DNA of 64,000 nt from Candidatus Saccharimonadales bacterium (GCA_035480635.1 DATIHN010000025.1:12384-76383), one strand, 5' to 3'. Positions 38,496 through 48,823 are shown, counted from the first letter of the stretch. The notes: generated by a model from the letters alone, not told the origin. Program-made: numbers and translations.

Positions 38496-39859
38496 TGTTA
38501 AAGTTATTTGATACCTACAGCCAAAAGCTGGTCGAAGTTGGCCCCCAGCGCCAAATTAAGCTCTACACCTGCGGACCGACGGTCTACGATTACGCTCACA
38601 TTGGCAACTTGCGCAATTTGATATTCAACGATACCTTGAAACGCACGCTGCTGGCTGAAGGTTATGAGGTAAATCACGTTATGAATATCACCGACGTCGG
38701 TCACTTAACTAGTGACGCCGACGAGGGTGATGATAAGCTCGAGACGAGCGCCAAACGCGAGGGCAAGAGCGTCTGGGCAGTGGCTGATTTTTTTATTCAA
38801 GAATTTCACGCCAATGCCAGCGCCTTGAACATTCTAGCGCCAACCAAGGAGGCTAGAGCCACCGATTACATCGAGCAACAAATCGCCCTCGTCCAAACCC
38901 TAATCGATAAAGATTACGCCTACCAAACCAAGCAAGCCATATATTTTGACGTTACCAAATTTGCGGGTTACGGCAAGCTCAATCGCCAGAGTCTGGACGA
39001 TAAGTTAACGGCCGCCCGCAGTCAGGTTGTGAGCGATAAAGCCAAGCACCACCCTCAAGATTTTGCGCTGTGGTTTTTTACCACTGGCCACTTCGCCGAC
39101 CACACCATGCATTGGCCCAGCCCCTGGGGCGAGGGTTTCCCGGGCTGGCACCTGGAATGCTCGGCTATAATTCAAACCCTACTGGGGAATCCAATTGATA
39201 TTCACACCGGTGGCGTTGATCACATCGGCACCCATCACCCTAACGAAATTGCTCAAACCGAAGCGGCCACTGGCCAGGCTTTGACTAAAATTTGGATGCA
39301 TAATCAATTCCTCCAGGCCGAGGGGCACAAGATGAGCAAATCGGCTGGCAATTTTTATCGCTTGCGCGATTTAGTGGACCGCGGCTATCATCCGCTGGCC
39401 TTTCGTTTGTTAATGTTGCAATCGCACTATCGCAATCAAGTTAACTTCACCTGGGAAGCTCTAGCCGACGCCCAGCACTTTTTGCTCAAGCTCTACAATT
39501 GGGCGGAGCTGGTTTACCAACCATCCTTTGCTCCGCTGGCCGATGAGGTAGTTGGTCAAATTAAATCAGATCTAGTCGACGACCTAGCCACCCCCACGGC
39601 TCTAGCTAAACTAGCTGAACTTAAACACGAGCGACCCAGCCATGGGATGCTAGAAACCCTAGATGAGTTACTGGGTCTGGATCTGGCCAAGCGATCGGAC
39701 ATTTCTGCCCCACAAAAGGCCTTGATAGCCGATCGCGAGACCGCTAGACTAAACAATGACTTTACTAACAGTGATCGCTTGCGGACCGAGCTCCAAAAAG
39801 CTGGCTTGAGCCTCGATGACACTGAATTTGGCCCACGCTGGCGCCGGAGCACAATTTGA
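38495..39859 (+). CDS. cysS: cysteinyl-tRNA synthetase
   Basis: HIGN (HIGH) and KMSKS motifs, CysRS-like zinc-binding Cys/His. Confidence 0.9.
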   Translation: MLKLFDTYSQKLVEVGPQRQIKLYTCGPTVYDYAHIGNLRNLIFNDTLKRTLLAEGYEVNHVMNITDVGHLTSDADEGDDKLETSAKREGKSVWAVADFFIQEFHANASALNILAPTKEARATDYIEQQIALVQTLIDKDYAYQTKQAIYFDVTKFAGYGKLNRQSLDDKLTAARSQVVSDKAKHHPQDFALWFFTTGHFADHTMHWPSPWGEGFPGWHLECSAIIQTLLGNPIDIHTGGVDHIGTHHPNEIAQTEAATGQALTKIWMHNQFLQAEGHKMSKSAGNFYRLRDLVDRGYHPLAFRLLMLQSHYRNQVNFTWEALADAQHFLLKLYNWAELVYQPSFAPLADEVVGQIKSDLVDDLATPTALAKLAELKHERPSHGMLETLDELLGLDLAKRSDISAPQKALIADRETARLNNDFTNSDRLRTELQKAGLSLDDTEFGPRWRRSTI

Positions 39860-41652
39860 AAGATATCATCAAAATCATTCGTTATTCGTGGAGCCTGAAG
39901 CGCTTCTATATCGCGACCGCCATCATGGTGGTGACGATTTCTTTACTTAACCAAGTTTCGCCATTTATTTCTAAATTCTTAGTCGATAACATCGTCAAGC
40001 GGGGCACCGGGCAGGCGGTGCCGGCCAGCAAGTTTCTTATTTTACTAGCGGCTCTGTTTGCGATTTGGTTGATTATTACCATAATTACCAATGTCCAAGG
40101 CTATGTTGGCGATCTATTGGGCGCTAAACTAAACACCCTGCTGAGCCAGCGCTACTTTGATCACTTACTCAAACTGCCACTGGAATTCTACGATAATGAA
40201 ATCACCGGCCACATTACGGCCCGCCTGGATCGCAGTATTGCGACAATTTCGAGCCTGATGCAGGCCTTTGCCAATAACTTTATTGGCTTCTTTTTGACCA
40301 GTTTTTTTACGCTGATCATTTTGGCTAAATATTCCTGGGCTATCGCTCTGATGCTGGCTAGTCTGTTTCCGCTCTACATGTGGCTAACGACGCTATCGAG
40401 CCGCAGCTGGCAGGCCAAGCAGGCTGGTATCAACGCCGACGTCGATCAAGCTAATGGGCGCTTCATTGAAGCCATTTCCCAAATTCGAGTGGTGAAATCT
40501 TTTGCTCAGGAATTAACGGAAAGCAGGTTTTTTGCTGGCAAACGCCGAGCCATCGAAGGCCAAACCAAAACTCAATCCAGGCAATGGCACAAATTCGACG
40601 TCTGGCGGCGCCTCAGCTTGAACCTAGTCTTCTTTGGCATTTACTCCATCATAATTTGGCAGGCCATAAACGGCCATTTTGGCCCGGTTCAGCAGGCTGT
40701 CGGTACGGTTGTGCTGCTACTGCAATTAACCGAGCAGGCCCAGTTTCCGCTATTTGCCTCATCGTTCATCGTCGATAACGTTCAAAAAGCCATTGCCGGC
40801 AGTAAAGACTTTTTTTCGATCATGGATCTAGAGCCTTCGATCCAAGATGACCCCGATGCTAAAACCCTAAAAGTCGACCGGGCTCGAGTTGAATACAACA
40901 AAGTCGATTTTAGCTATGATGGTGGTCAAAAAGTCTTAAAAGACGTCTCCTTTACCATTGAGCCCGGCACTAAACTTGCCTTAGTGGGGGAGAGTGGCCA
41001 AGGCAAGACCACCATTGCCAATTTACTGCTGCGCTTCTACCTACCCTCTAAAGGAGCCATTACGGTTGATGGGGCCAATATCAATGGTGTGACCCAAGAA
41101 TCGCTCAGGCAGCAAGTCGCGGTCGTCTTCCAGGAACCAGCGCTGTTTTCCGGCTCGGTGGCCGAAAATATTACTTATGGTAGCCAAAAAGTTACCGAAG
41201 CTGCCATGACTGAGGCCGCTAAAGCCGCTAATGCTCTCGATTTTGTGAATAAATTGCCCAAGGGCTTCGATACCGAAATCGGCGAACGTGGCGTTAAGCT
41301 CTCTGGCGGTCAAAAACAGCGCATCGCCATTGCTCGGGCCATATTAAAAAACGCCCCGATATTGATCCTAGATGAGGCCACCAGTTCGCTAGATAGCCGG
41401 GCTGAGCGCGAAGTCCAAGAGGCCCTAGATCACCTGATGGCTGAGCGCACCACCATGATTATTGCTCACCGCCTCTCGACTATTGCTGGTGTCGATACAA
41501 TTGTGACCCTCAAAGATGGGCAGGTGGATGAAATTGGTTCCCCCGAGGAATTATCCAAAACCGAAGGTATTTATGCTCAACTACTTGAGCTCCAAGCCCC
41601 AACCAAAGCCAACAAAGCCCTGCTGCGTAAATTTGATATTGCCAAGACATAG
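39856..41652 (+). CDS. ABC exporter, fused permease/ATPase (MsbA-like)
   Basis: 6-TM N-domain; GESGQGKTT Walker A, LSGGQKQR signature, ILILDEATS Walker B. Confidence 0.85.
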   Translation: MKDIIKIIRYSWSLKRFYIATAIMVVTISLLNQVSPFISKFLVDNIVKRGTGQAVPASKFLILLAALFAIWLIITIITNVQGYVGDLLGAKLNTLLSQRYFDHLLKLPLEFYDNEITGHITARLDRSIATISSLMQAFANNFIGFFLTSFFTLIILAKYSWAIALMLASLFPLYMWLTTLSSRSWQAKQAGINADVDQANGRFIEAISQIRVVKSFAQELTESRFFAGKRRAIEGQTKTQSRQWHKFDVWRRLSLNLVFFGIYSIIIWQAINGHFGPVQQAVGTVVLLLQLTEQAQFPLFASSFIVDNVQKAIAGSKDFFSIMDLEPSIQDDPDAKTLKVDRARVEYNKVDFSYDGGQKVLKDVSFTIEPGTKLALVGESGQGKTTIANLLLRFYLPSKGAITVDGANINGVTQESLRQQVAVVFQEPALFSGSVAENITYGSQKVTEAAMTEAAKAANALDFVNKLPKGFDTEIGERGVKLSGGQKQRIAIARAILKNAPILILDEATSSLDSRAEREVQEALDHLMAERTTMIIAHRLSTIAGVDTIVTLKDGQVDEIGSPEELSKTEGIYAQLLELQAPTKANKALLRKFDIAKT

Positions 41653-41673
41653 GGCTTGGCCTATTGCCAAGAC

Positions 41674-42717
41674 TTAGGCTTCTCTTTGGTGGTGGTGAGT
41701 GTCTAGATAATCTCGAGCCATGATTTGGATACTGGCGGCCACCGGAATAGCCACTAAACCGCCCAAGAGCCCGCCTAAGCCAGCCCCGATCAAAACGGCT
41801 ACTAGGACTAGTAATGGCGAGATGCGGACCGTTTTGCCGTAAACCAAGGGTTGTAAGATGTGGTTTTCGGTTTGCTGGTAGACCAGGAAAAAGATCAGCA
41901 TGATGACGGCGGCCGTGACAGATTGGAACAAGGCCACGATCACCACCGCGATCGAGCCCAGGGTTGCTCCAACCAATGGGACTAAATCCATTATGCCCAC
42001 GAAAATCGCCAGCGGCGCCGCGTAGGGTATACCCAGAATAATTAGCATGATCCCAGAGGTAATCGCAGCGATGATACTGGTTAAGATGTTGCCGTTGACG
42101 TAACCGGTGGTGGCCACATACATATCACGCGTTAGTTTTTGGTAATGCGGCTTCTTAGCCGAATGATACCTGGCCCAAGCGCCTTCGATCCAACCATGAC
42201 CCTCTAGCAACATGAATATCGTTAGAGCAAAAACCGTTACGGTAGCCGCCAGACTTGAGAAGATATCGCGCACAACAGTAAAGAAGGATCCGCCAAAGGT
42301 CGTAACTTGATGGACTAGTTGAGTTTGATCCGATTTTACCCGGGTAACCAAATCGTATTTGCGAATGGCCTGACCAACCACGTTATCGGAGTGCACCAAA
42401 TTATCGGTGTAGTTTGGCAGATTATTAACCAGGCCTTGGGACTGATGCACCACTGGCGGTACTAGTGAGGCAATAATAAAACCGAGGGCCGCAATCAAAA
42501 TGGTGATTGTAACGGTTATGGCCAGACCTCGATTGCCCCGAGTGAAGTGTTTTCGAAACCATTCAACAGCCGGGTTCAGGGCAACGGCTAAGAAAAAGGC
42601 CGTCCCAATCCAAATCAATTGCCGATGGACTTGCACTGCTACCCAGACGATTAGAATAAAACTGGTAATAATAATCAGGATGCGGTAGATGTTTTTGGCG
42701 CTGGTATCCATTAGCAC
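41674..42717 (-). CDS. AI-2E family transporter (PerM/UPF0118)
   Basis: 347 aa, 8 TM, conserved GIPYA.PLAI..G..DLVP.VG motif. Confidence 0.75.
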   Translation of the reverse strand: MLMDTSAKNIYRILIIITSFILIVWVAVQVHRQLIWIGTAFFLAVALNPAVEWFRKHFTRGNRGLAITVTITILIAALGFIIASLVPPVVHQSQGLVNNLPNYTDNLVHSDNVVGQAIRKYDLVTRVKSDQTQLVHQVTTFGGSFFTVVRDIFSSLAATVTVFALTIFMLLEGHGWIEGAWARYHSAKKPHYQKLTRDMYVATTGYVNGNILTSIIAAITSGIMLIILGIPYAAPLAIFVGIMDLVPLVGATLGSIAVVIVALFQSVTAAVIMLIFFLVYQQTENHILQPLVYGKTVRISPLLVLVAVLIGAGLGGLLGGLVAIPVAASIQIMARDYLDTHHHQREA

Positions 42718-42820
42718 TATTAGAGCACAGATTAGACCCTAGACGCAAACCCTCAAGATTGTAGAATAGCCTTTTTTCAGCTAAAATTCTTTAGTTAAGC
42801 AGGCCAAAGTTCATCATCGA

Positions 42821-42895
42821 TGGGGCGTAGCCAAGCGGTAAGGCAACGGGTTTTGGTCCCGTGATTCGCAGGTTCGAATCCTGCCGCCCCAGCCA
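42821..42895 (+). tRNA. tRNA-Gln (anticodon TTG)
   Basis: TGGGGCGTAGCCAAGCGGTAAGGCAACGGGTTTTGGTCCCGTGATTCGCAGGTTCGAATCCTGCCGCCCCAGCCA; U1:A72 as in bacterial tRNA-Gln. Confidence 0.9.
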
Positions 42896-42962
42896 AATGA
42901 GACATGGATTTTGACGCGTATAGGCGTATTATTAGAGCACAAAATTATTAGGAGGATTTAAT

Positions 42963-43391
42963 ATGGGTAAAATGAATCCGGTCGTACACTTCGAAATGGG
43001 CTATAACGACCAAGCCCGCATGGTTAAATTTTATGAGACGGCCTTTGGCTGGAAGGGCCAGCTGATGGGGGCAGAGATGGGTAATTACGTGGTGGCCCAA
43101 ACTACCGAGACCGACGCCGACGGCATGGTTCAAACCAAGGGCGCGATTAACGGCGGCTTTTATCAAAAAACGGATGATCCGATGAGCCAAGCCCCTTCGG
43201 TGGTAGTTTCAGTTGATGATGTCGGTGCTAGTATGAAAGCGGTCGAAGCTGCTGGCGGAAAGATTTTGGGCGGTATGGACCAAAAAGGCCAACACACCAT
43301 GGAACCGCAGATGATTCCCGGCGTTGGTTTGTGGATATCAGCCATGGATACGGAAGGTAATCGGTTTTCTATCCTACAGGCTAAGACCTAA
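42963..43391 (+). CDS. VOC/glyoxalase-bleomycin-resistance family protein
   Basis: 142 aa, VHFEM...FYE.AFGW pattern of the VOC fold. Confidence 0.55.
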   Translation: MGKMNPVVHFEMGYNDQARMVKFYETAFGWKGQLMGAEMGNYVVAQTTETDADGMVQTKGAINGGFYQKTDDPMSQAPSVVVSVDDVGASMKAVEAAGGKILGGMDQKGQHTMEPQMIPGVGLWISAMDTEGNRFSILQAKT

Positions 43392-43429
43392 ATACTCAGT
43401 CTAACGAGTCAACAATTGTGAATTGAGAT

Positions 43430-43458
43430 GAGCTCCGGATTTCCGGAGCTCAGGTTTT
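43430..43458 (+). terminator. rho-independent terminator (GAGCTCCGG-ATTT-CCGGAGCTC + GTTTT)
   Basis: perfect 9-bp GC-rich stem followed by T-run. Confidence 0.5.
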
Positions 43459-43571
43459 AGGCCGGCGGGTCAGACGTAAAGATGTATTTTGAATACGTTT
43501 AAGCTTGCTAGTCTAGTCAATCATTGCCAGAATATCGGAGTCGGAAAGGCCGACACCTATGAGGGAGTACC

Positions 43572-45224
43572 TTGATGTCAAAAACTGCGTTGTTGTCGGT
43601 CTACGACAAGACGGGGCTAGCTGAATTCGCTCGCGCGTTGGTTGAACTCGGATTCGATTTGGTCTCGAGCGGGGGAACCAGCAAAGCGCTGGCAGCTGCC
43701 GGCATTCCGCACCGACAAGTCCAAGAAGTCACCGGTTTCCCGGAAATGATGGATGGTCGCGTCAAGACCTTGCATCCGATGATCTTGGGCGGCATTTTGG
43801 CCAACCGAGCGGTGCCTGGGCACATGGACGATCTGGTCACGCACCAAATTGGCGCGATCGATCTAGTCGTCTGCAACCTCTACCCGTTTACGGTAACGGT
43901 GGCCTCGGGCGCCGATTGGGACACCTGCATCGAGAATATCGATGTCGGTGGGCCAACTATGGTGCGAGCAGCGGCCAAGAATCATGCTGCGGTTGGGGTC
44001 GTTGTTGATCCGGCTGATTACCCCAGAGTTGTGACCGAATTGCGCAACCATGGCGGTCTCTTGAAAGAGACATGCCTGGATCTGGCCAAAAAGGCTTTTG
44101 CCCACACTGCCGCCTACGACACCGACATTGCAGAGTGGATTTCGGACGGTGGCTTCAGGGGCATGTTAGTCAAATTGGCCCAAAAGTGCAGCTACGGCGA
44201 AAACGCCTGGCAAACGCCAGCCGGTGTGTATTCGACCGGCCGGACAGATCCACTCGGCTTCAGCCAGTTTGATTTGATCGAAGGCGCCCCCGCCAGTTAC
44301 AACAACTGGGTCGAGGTGGCTGACAGGCAGCCTCAAACTCTGACTCATATTGCCGCTGGTTTCGAGCGCAACTTCGGCGGGCCGCCGTTCATTGCTATTG
44401 GCACAAAGCATGGCAATTGTTGTGGTGCGGCCGTAGGCGATAACCCTGCCGAGGTCATTCGCAAAATGCTGGCGGGCAATTTGAAGTCGATTCACGGCGG
44501 TTTGGTCATGACTAACTTCGCTATCGATAGCGAGCTGGCCGAAATCATCAGGTCGTGGAACATCGGCAACATGAAACGTCGGATTCTCGACGTCATTTCA
44601 GCGCCCGATTTTACCGACGAAGCCATCAGCATCTTGAAGCGCAAAGATGGTAAGTGCCGCTTCTTCGTTAACCCGAATCTGGTCGATGTAGGTGAGGCTA
44701 TGCTCGATGAAGCCCCGCGCTTGCGCTACATTCGTGGCGGATTCTTGCGAGAACCCAACTACACCTACGTTCTTGACTTCAATCACCCGGAATTCTCATG
44801 GCCCTTCGGTGAGCCAGAGCTAGAAGTTCGTGAAAGTGCCGTCTTGGCCTGGGCAGTTGGTTCGACTTCCAATTCCAACACCATGACGTTAGTTCGCGGC
44901 GGCCAATTGCTCGGCAATGGAGTCGGTCAACAAGATCGAGTCGGGGCCGCTCAGCTGGCCCTAAAGATTGCGGCTGATGCAGGCCATGGCTTCGATGAAT
45001 CCGGTCGATTCCTCGACTGGTACAAGTCTCCTCGGGTCGTGGCCTACAGCGACAGCTTTATGCCATTCCGGGATGCAGCCGAAACTCTATTAGCTGCCGG
45101 GGTTTGGGCAGTCATTGCAACAAACGGATCCATCAATGACCAAGAGGTTGAGGACGTTTTCGCCACAACCGGTTGTTTGGGTTGGCTACCGGATTCGGCT
45201 GGTCGCGGCTTCTTCAACCACTGA
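43572..45224 (+). CDS. purH: bifunctional AICAR transformylase / IMP cyclohydrolase PurH, ~60% GC
   Basis: LLSVYDKTGL...TGFPEMMDGRVKTLHP...NLYPF...NIDVGGPTMVRAAAKNH (MGS/IMPCH domain) and YGENAWQ (AICARFT) motifs. Confidence 0.85.
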   Translation: MMSKTALLSVYDKTGLAEFARALVELGFDLVSSGGTSKALAAAGIPHRQVQEVTGFPEMMDGRVKTLHPMILGGILANRAVPGHMDDLVTHQIGAIDLVVCNLYPFTVTVASGADWDTCIENIDVGGPTMVRAAAKNHAAVGVVVDPADYPRVVTELRNHGGLLKETCLDLAKKAFAHTAAYDTDIAEWISDGGFRGMLVKLAQKCSYGENAWQTPAGVYSTGRTDPLGFSQFDLIEGAPASYNNWVEVADRQPQTLTHIAAGFERNFGGPPFIAIGTKHGNCCGAAVGDNPAEVIRKMLAGNLKSIHGGLVMTNFAIDSELAEIIRSWNIGNMKRRILDVISAPDFTDEAISILKRKDGKCRFFVNPNLVDVGEAMLDEAPRLRYIRGGFLREPNYTYVLDFNHPEFSWPFGEPELEVRESAVLAWAVGSTSNSNTMTLVRGGQLLGNGVGQQDRVGAAQLALKIAADAGHGFDESGRFLDWYKSPRVVAYSDSFMPFRDAAETLLAAGVWAVIATNGSINDQEVEDVFATTGCLGWLPDSAGRGFFNH

Positions 45225-45472
45225 TGAGCGACTTACGAGCGCTCGAGGAAGGTGAGCGTTACCGCTGCACAGCTTGCGGCAATCTGACTCGGTTCGACGT
45301 TGTTCATACCAAAAGGTCCCGCAGCTTCTACCACTTCACCGTTGGCGGCGAGCTGAGTGTCGAAGAGGACGAGGTCTTAAACGAAGAGATCGAAACCATT
45401 TCCTGCCGCTGGTGCGGAAGTGAGAAGATCGAGATCAACGTTGATTTGGCTCAGCCGGATCCAACCGGTTAA
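45224..45472 (+). CDS. small zinc-ribbon protein (CxxC...CxxC), coupled to purH (ATGA overlap)
   Basis: MSDLRALEEGERYRCTACGN...CRWCGSEKIE. Confidence 0.5.
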   Translation: MSDLRALEEGERYRCTACGNLTRFDVVHTKRSRSFYHFTVGGELSVEEDEVLNEEIETISCRWCGSEKIEINVDLAQPDPTG

Positions 45473-45634
45473 ACAGACTCCTTGCCTTGAAGGAAACTTC
45501 GGGGCAGGGAGTTAATCTTTTATTAACGCTCTAGATGGTCAATTGTTTGTTGAGTCAAATTCTTTCGACTTATGCTGCGACATTATAAACTTTATGATCC
45601 TCTGTGATTACAAGAACCTCGACAAGGAGTAACG

Positions 45635-45970
45635 GTGGAGCCTAAGCATAATGCTGAACTGGAACGCTGGCTTCAAATCAAGGGTAGAGCCACCCGAAAG
45701 GCCTACGACTTCATGTCTAGGCGCCTGCGCTACGTTGGGCGCCGCGGCTTGACGAGACGAGAATTGCTTGACGCCTTTTTGCCTCGTCTAAGCAAGGCCG
45801 AAAGAGAAGCCCTCTACGACAGCTCTTGTTACTACTACGAATCGCAAGAAGGTCCATACGACCGGGTGATTGAGCAAGCGCTCGAATGGAACGTCATTGC
45901 CATCAGCCCCGATGACGGCCGGAGATTTATCTTGGGTCCTAGGGCCACACCACCTCGCCGGAAGCGCTGA
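45635..45970 (+). CDS. hypothetical basic protein
   Basis: AAGGAG-6 nt-GTG start; 111 aa; flanked by 10-bp direct repeat TGATTACAAG. Confidence 0.4.
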   Translation: MEPKHNAELERWLQIKGRATRKAYDFMSRRLRYVGRRGLTRRELLDAFLPRLSKAEREALYDSSCYYYESQEGPYDRVIEQALEWNVIAISPDDGRRFILGPRATPPRRKR

Positions 45971-46078
45971 TTACAAGCCTAGCTCTGGAGCAATCCGGGG
46001 CTGGGCTTGAGTTTCTTTTTAGCCATGTTATGGTAGTCGTATAGTTTTTTATTACTAAATATTAGAGAGGGTGCAAAG

Positions 46079-46642
46079 ATGGTAGAAGAAATTATTAACG
46101 AAACTTCGGCAGCAGTCGTGGCCGCCGTCAAAGGGGTCGATGACGTCTTGGGAGCTATTCTAGACGTGGTAAAAAATCAGATGATCAAGGTTATGAAAGA
46201 TACTGGTGAAGTTTCCGGCACCGGCATCGAAGTCGTAGCCTCAGTCGCGAGCGGTGCCATAAAAGGCGGGGGCGAAGTTGGGGCATCACTCACGGATGTG
46301 GCCGTCAACACCATGCACGGCGTTGTCAGCGGAGCCAGCCAAGTGAGTGGTGATGTGACCGCCGCCATTCGCCAAGCCGCCGCTGGAATCATTCACGCTA
46401 CCGCCGCCAGTGGTGGCGACGTGGGAGCTGCGGCCGTAGCGGCAGTTGATGGAGCTATCAAAGCTGCTGGCAAAGCCGGCACCGATTCGGCAGCAGCGGC
46501 CACCTCGGCCGTCGGTGGCACATTGGATGGAGCCGCTAGCGTTGGTCTAGATGCGGTCAGCAAAGTTAAAGAAGCCTTGGAATCAGCTGCAGAGTTGCCT
46601 CGCGATGTCATCGAAGCCGCTCTGAAGGGCAGCGACAAATAA
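46079..46642 (+). CDS. Ala/Gly/Val-rich low-complexity repeat protein (hypothetical)
   Basis: AGAGGG SD; repeated (V/A)xxGAxxxxG(D/E)V units over ~150 aa. Confidence 0.5.
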   Translation: MVEEIINETSAAVVAAVKGVDDVLGAILDVVKNQMIKVMKDTGEVSGTGIEVVASVASGAIKGGGEVGASLTDVAVNTMHGVVSGASQVSGDVTAAIRQAAAGIIHATAASGGDVGAAAVAAVDGAIKAAGKAGTDSAAAATSAVGGTLDGAASVGLDAVSKVKEALESAAELPRDVIEAALKGSDK

Positions 46643-46654
46643 GCCTGAGGAATT

Positions 46655-46906
46655 ATGCCTAAAGTCAAAATCTACACCACCACGACCTGTCCATACTGTC
46701 GAGCTGAAAAGAAATACCTGACTTCCAAAGGAATTAAATTTGAAGACATCGTGCTCGACCAGCAACCGGAGGAAATTCAAACCTCAGTTGATACTTGCGG
46801 TTCGAACGGGGTGCCCTGCACCCACATCACCAAAGATGACGGTAGTGAGATTAATATTCTGGGTTTTGATCAACCCAAAATCGACGAAGCTCTCGGCCTA
46901 AACTAA
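46655..46906 (+). CDS. glutaredoxin-like protein (CPYC active site)
   Basis: KIYTTTTCPYCRAEKKYL thioredoxin-fold CPYC motif. Confidence 0.7.
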   Translation: MPKVKIYTTTTCPYCRAEKKYLTSKGIKFEDIVLDQQPEEIQTSVDTCGSNGVPCTHITKDDGSEINILGFDQPKIDEALGLN

Positions 46907-47007
46907 GTCTGGATTCGTGTTGAACTGATTCGGGTCATAACTTATACTTGAGCCCAAGCGGCGTGAGCCGCTTTGTTCGTTGAATTACCCGCAACTGCCC
47001 TGGAGGC

Positions 47008-48309
47008 ATGATGCTAGAACGCTACACCTTGCCCGAAATGGGCCAACACTTCACCGACGTGGCGATATGGGATGCATGTAGGGACGTCGAGTTGGCCGCT
47101 GTTAGGGCCCGAGTCTTGTTGGGTCTAAATAGCGATGAGGACGTCGCAGCCATCTTGCAACGAACGCCGGTCATCACGCCAGCAGTAGTTGATCGAATAA
47201 AAGAACGCGAAAGGACTACCGATCACGACGTCGCGGCCTTCGTGGACATAATGCAAGAGGACATCGCTTCGCCGGACTCACGTTGGTTTCATTACGGCCT
47301 AACAGCGGCCGATGTCACGGATACGGCGCTTGGCTTGCGTCTAACCCGGGCGTCCGATTTGTTGATCGAAGTCGGCGAAAAGCTGCTTGCGACTATGTGC
47401 GCTAGAGCGCGCGAATTCCGCTATACGCCTACGGCCGGGCAGACCCACGGCCAGCAAGCCGAGATCATCACCTTCGGGGTGCGTCTATCTAACTGGGCAA
47501 TGATGATTGAAAGGGCTCTTTCGACCCTGAGGCTGGCTCGTGAGGAGATCGCCGTCGGCACTCTAAGTGGGCCTTGCGGAACCTACACCAACGTCGATCC
47601 AGAGATTGAGGGTGCCGTTTGCCTGGCTTTGGGGCTGCAGCCAATCATGGCTACCCAGGTGATCCCACGCGATTTGCACGCCAACCTCACCTATGCCTGC
47701 GCTCGCTTGGCCAATTCGATCGCCCAGTTCTCCTTCAACACTCGGATCATGGCCACATCCCAGTACGGAGAGGTTCAAGAAAAGACACGGCCGGGGCAAA
47801 AGGGTAGCACATCCATGCCGCACAAGCGTAACCCAATCAAAACCGAGCAATTCACTGGGTTGGCGCGCGAATTTCATGGGTATTTAGTGACGGCTCTGCA
47901 AGATGTGGTACTCCTGTTTGAACGCGACATCTCCCACAGCGCACCAGAGCGCATCTTCCTTGCCGATGCCATGATCCTGGCTCACTACGTGACGGTCAAG
48001 GCCGAGCAAGTGCTGGCCGATCTGATCGTTAAGACAGACCGCATGGAACTCAACATTGAGGGCGGACTAGAGCTGATGTACACCCAGACGGTCCTAAATG
48101 CCCTGATGGACGGCGGGATGGAGCGCGACCAGGCCTACCGCATAATTCAGATGCTGTCGTTTAAGGCTATAGACGAGAATCGGCCATTGCGGGCAATTCT
48201 GGAAGAGGAGCAAGTCGGCGGTCTGTCGCCTGCCCGGCTAGACGATATCTTCGACCAAGGGCAGATGTTGCGATACTGCGACCTGATCATCGATCAGTTG
48301 CCTCGATAG
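47008..48309 (+). CDS. purB: adenylosuccinate lyase PurB, ~62% GC
   Basis: fumarate-lyase signature GSTSMPHKRNPIKTEQ; 433 aa. Confidence 0.85.
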   Translation: MMLERYTLPEMGQHFTDVAIWDACRDVELAAVRARVLLGLNSDEDVAAILQRTPVITPAVVDRIKERERTTDHDVAAFVDIMQEDIASPDSRWFHYGLTAADVTDTALGLRLTRASDLLIEVGEKLLATMCARAREFRYTPTAGQTHGQQAEIITFGVRLSNWAMMIERALSTLRLAREEIAVGTLSGPCGTYTNVDPEIEGAVCLALGLQPIMATQVIPRDLHANLTYACARLANSIAQFSFNTRIMATSQYGEVQEKTRPGQKGSTSMPHKRNPIKTEQFTGLAREFHGYLVTALQDVVLLFERDISHSAPERIFLADAMILAHYVTVKAEQVLADLIVKTDRMELNIEGGLELMYTQTVLNALMDGGMERDQAYRIIQMLSFKAIDENRPLRAILEEEQVGGLSPARLDDIFDQGQMLRYCDLIIDQLPR

Positions 48310-48439
48310 GCATGGATTCGATCAAAACCCCGCCCCGGCGCAAGTCTGGGCGGGGTTAGTCATTTTTAGGACTTTTACCAAGACCTACCGCCAACTATCA
48401 TATACACTAAAATAAGAATCTTTATGGAGAGGAATTATT

Positions 48440-48823
48440 ATGCAAGCTCAAGCAGCCTTTAGCGGCTTTTCGGTTGATGATATGGCCAAAGCCAAAGAGT
48501 TTTATGTTAGTACCTTGGGCCTTAAACTAATCGATGAGGTCATGGGCCTTAGACTAGCTTTGCCGGGCGGCAGTGGGGAAGTCTATATTTATCAAAAAGA
48601 TGATCACAGGCCAGCGACGTTTACGATTTTGAACTTTGTCGTTAGCGATATTGATGCTGCCGTGGCCGAGTTAGCGAGACAAGGGGTTAAGTTTGAACAT
48701 TATGAGGGTATGACGGATGAGGCTGGCATAGCTCGAGGTATTGCGGCCCATCAAGGTCCAGACATTGCCTGGTTCAAGGATCCGGCTGGCAACATTTTGG
48801 CGGTGCTGCACAACGAAGCCTAA
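48440..48823 (+). CDS. VOC/glyoxalase family protein
   Basis: 127 aa, FYVSTLGLKL...HYEG...AWFKDPAGNIL pattern. Confidence 0.6.
   Translation: MQAQAAFSGFSVDDMAKAKEFYVSTLGLKLIDEVMGLRLALPGGSGEVYIYQKDDHRPATFTILNFVVSDIDAAVAELARQGVKFEHYEGMTDEAGIARGIAAHQGPDIAWFKDPAGNILAVLHNEA

Noticed and set aside
43459-43571. ZTP (pfl) riboswitch in the purH leader
   Set aside because: It would be biologically apt, but I could not find the conserved GGGUCGUGAC...CGCCUGGGCA-like elements. Only a loose GGGTCAGAC resemblance is present. Left as a check under the purH finding.
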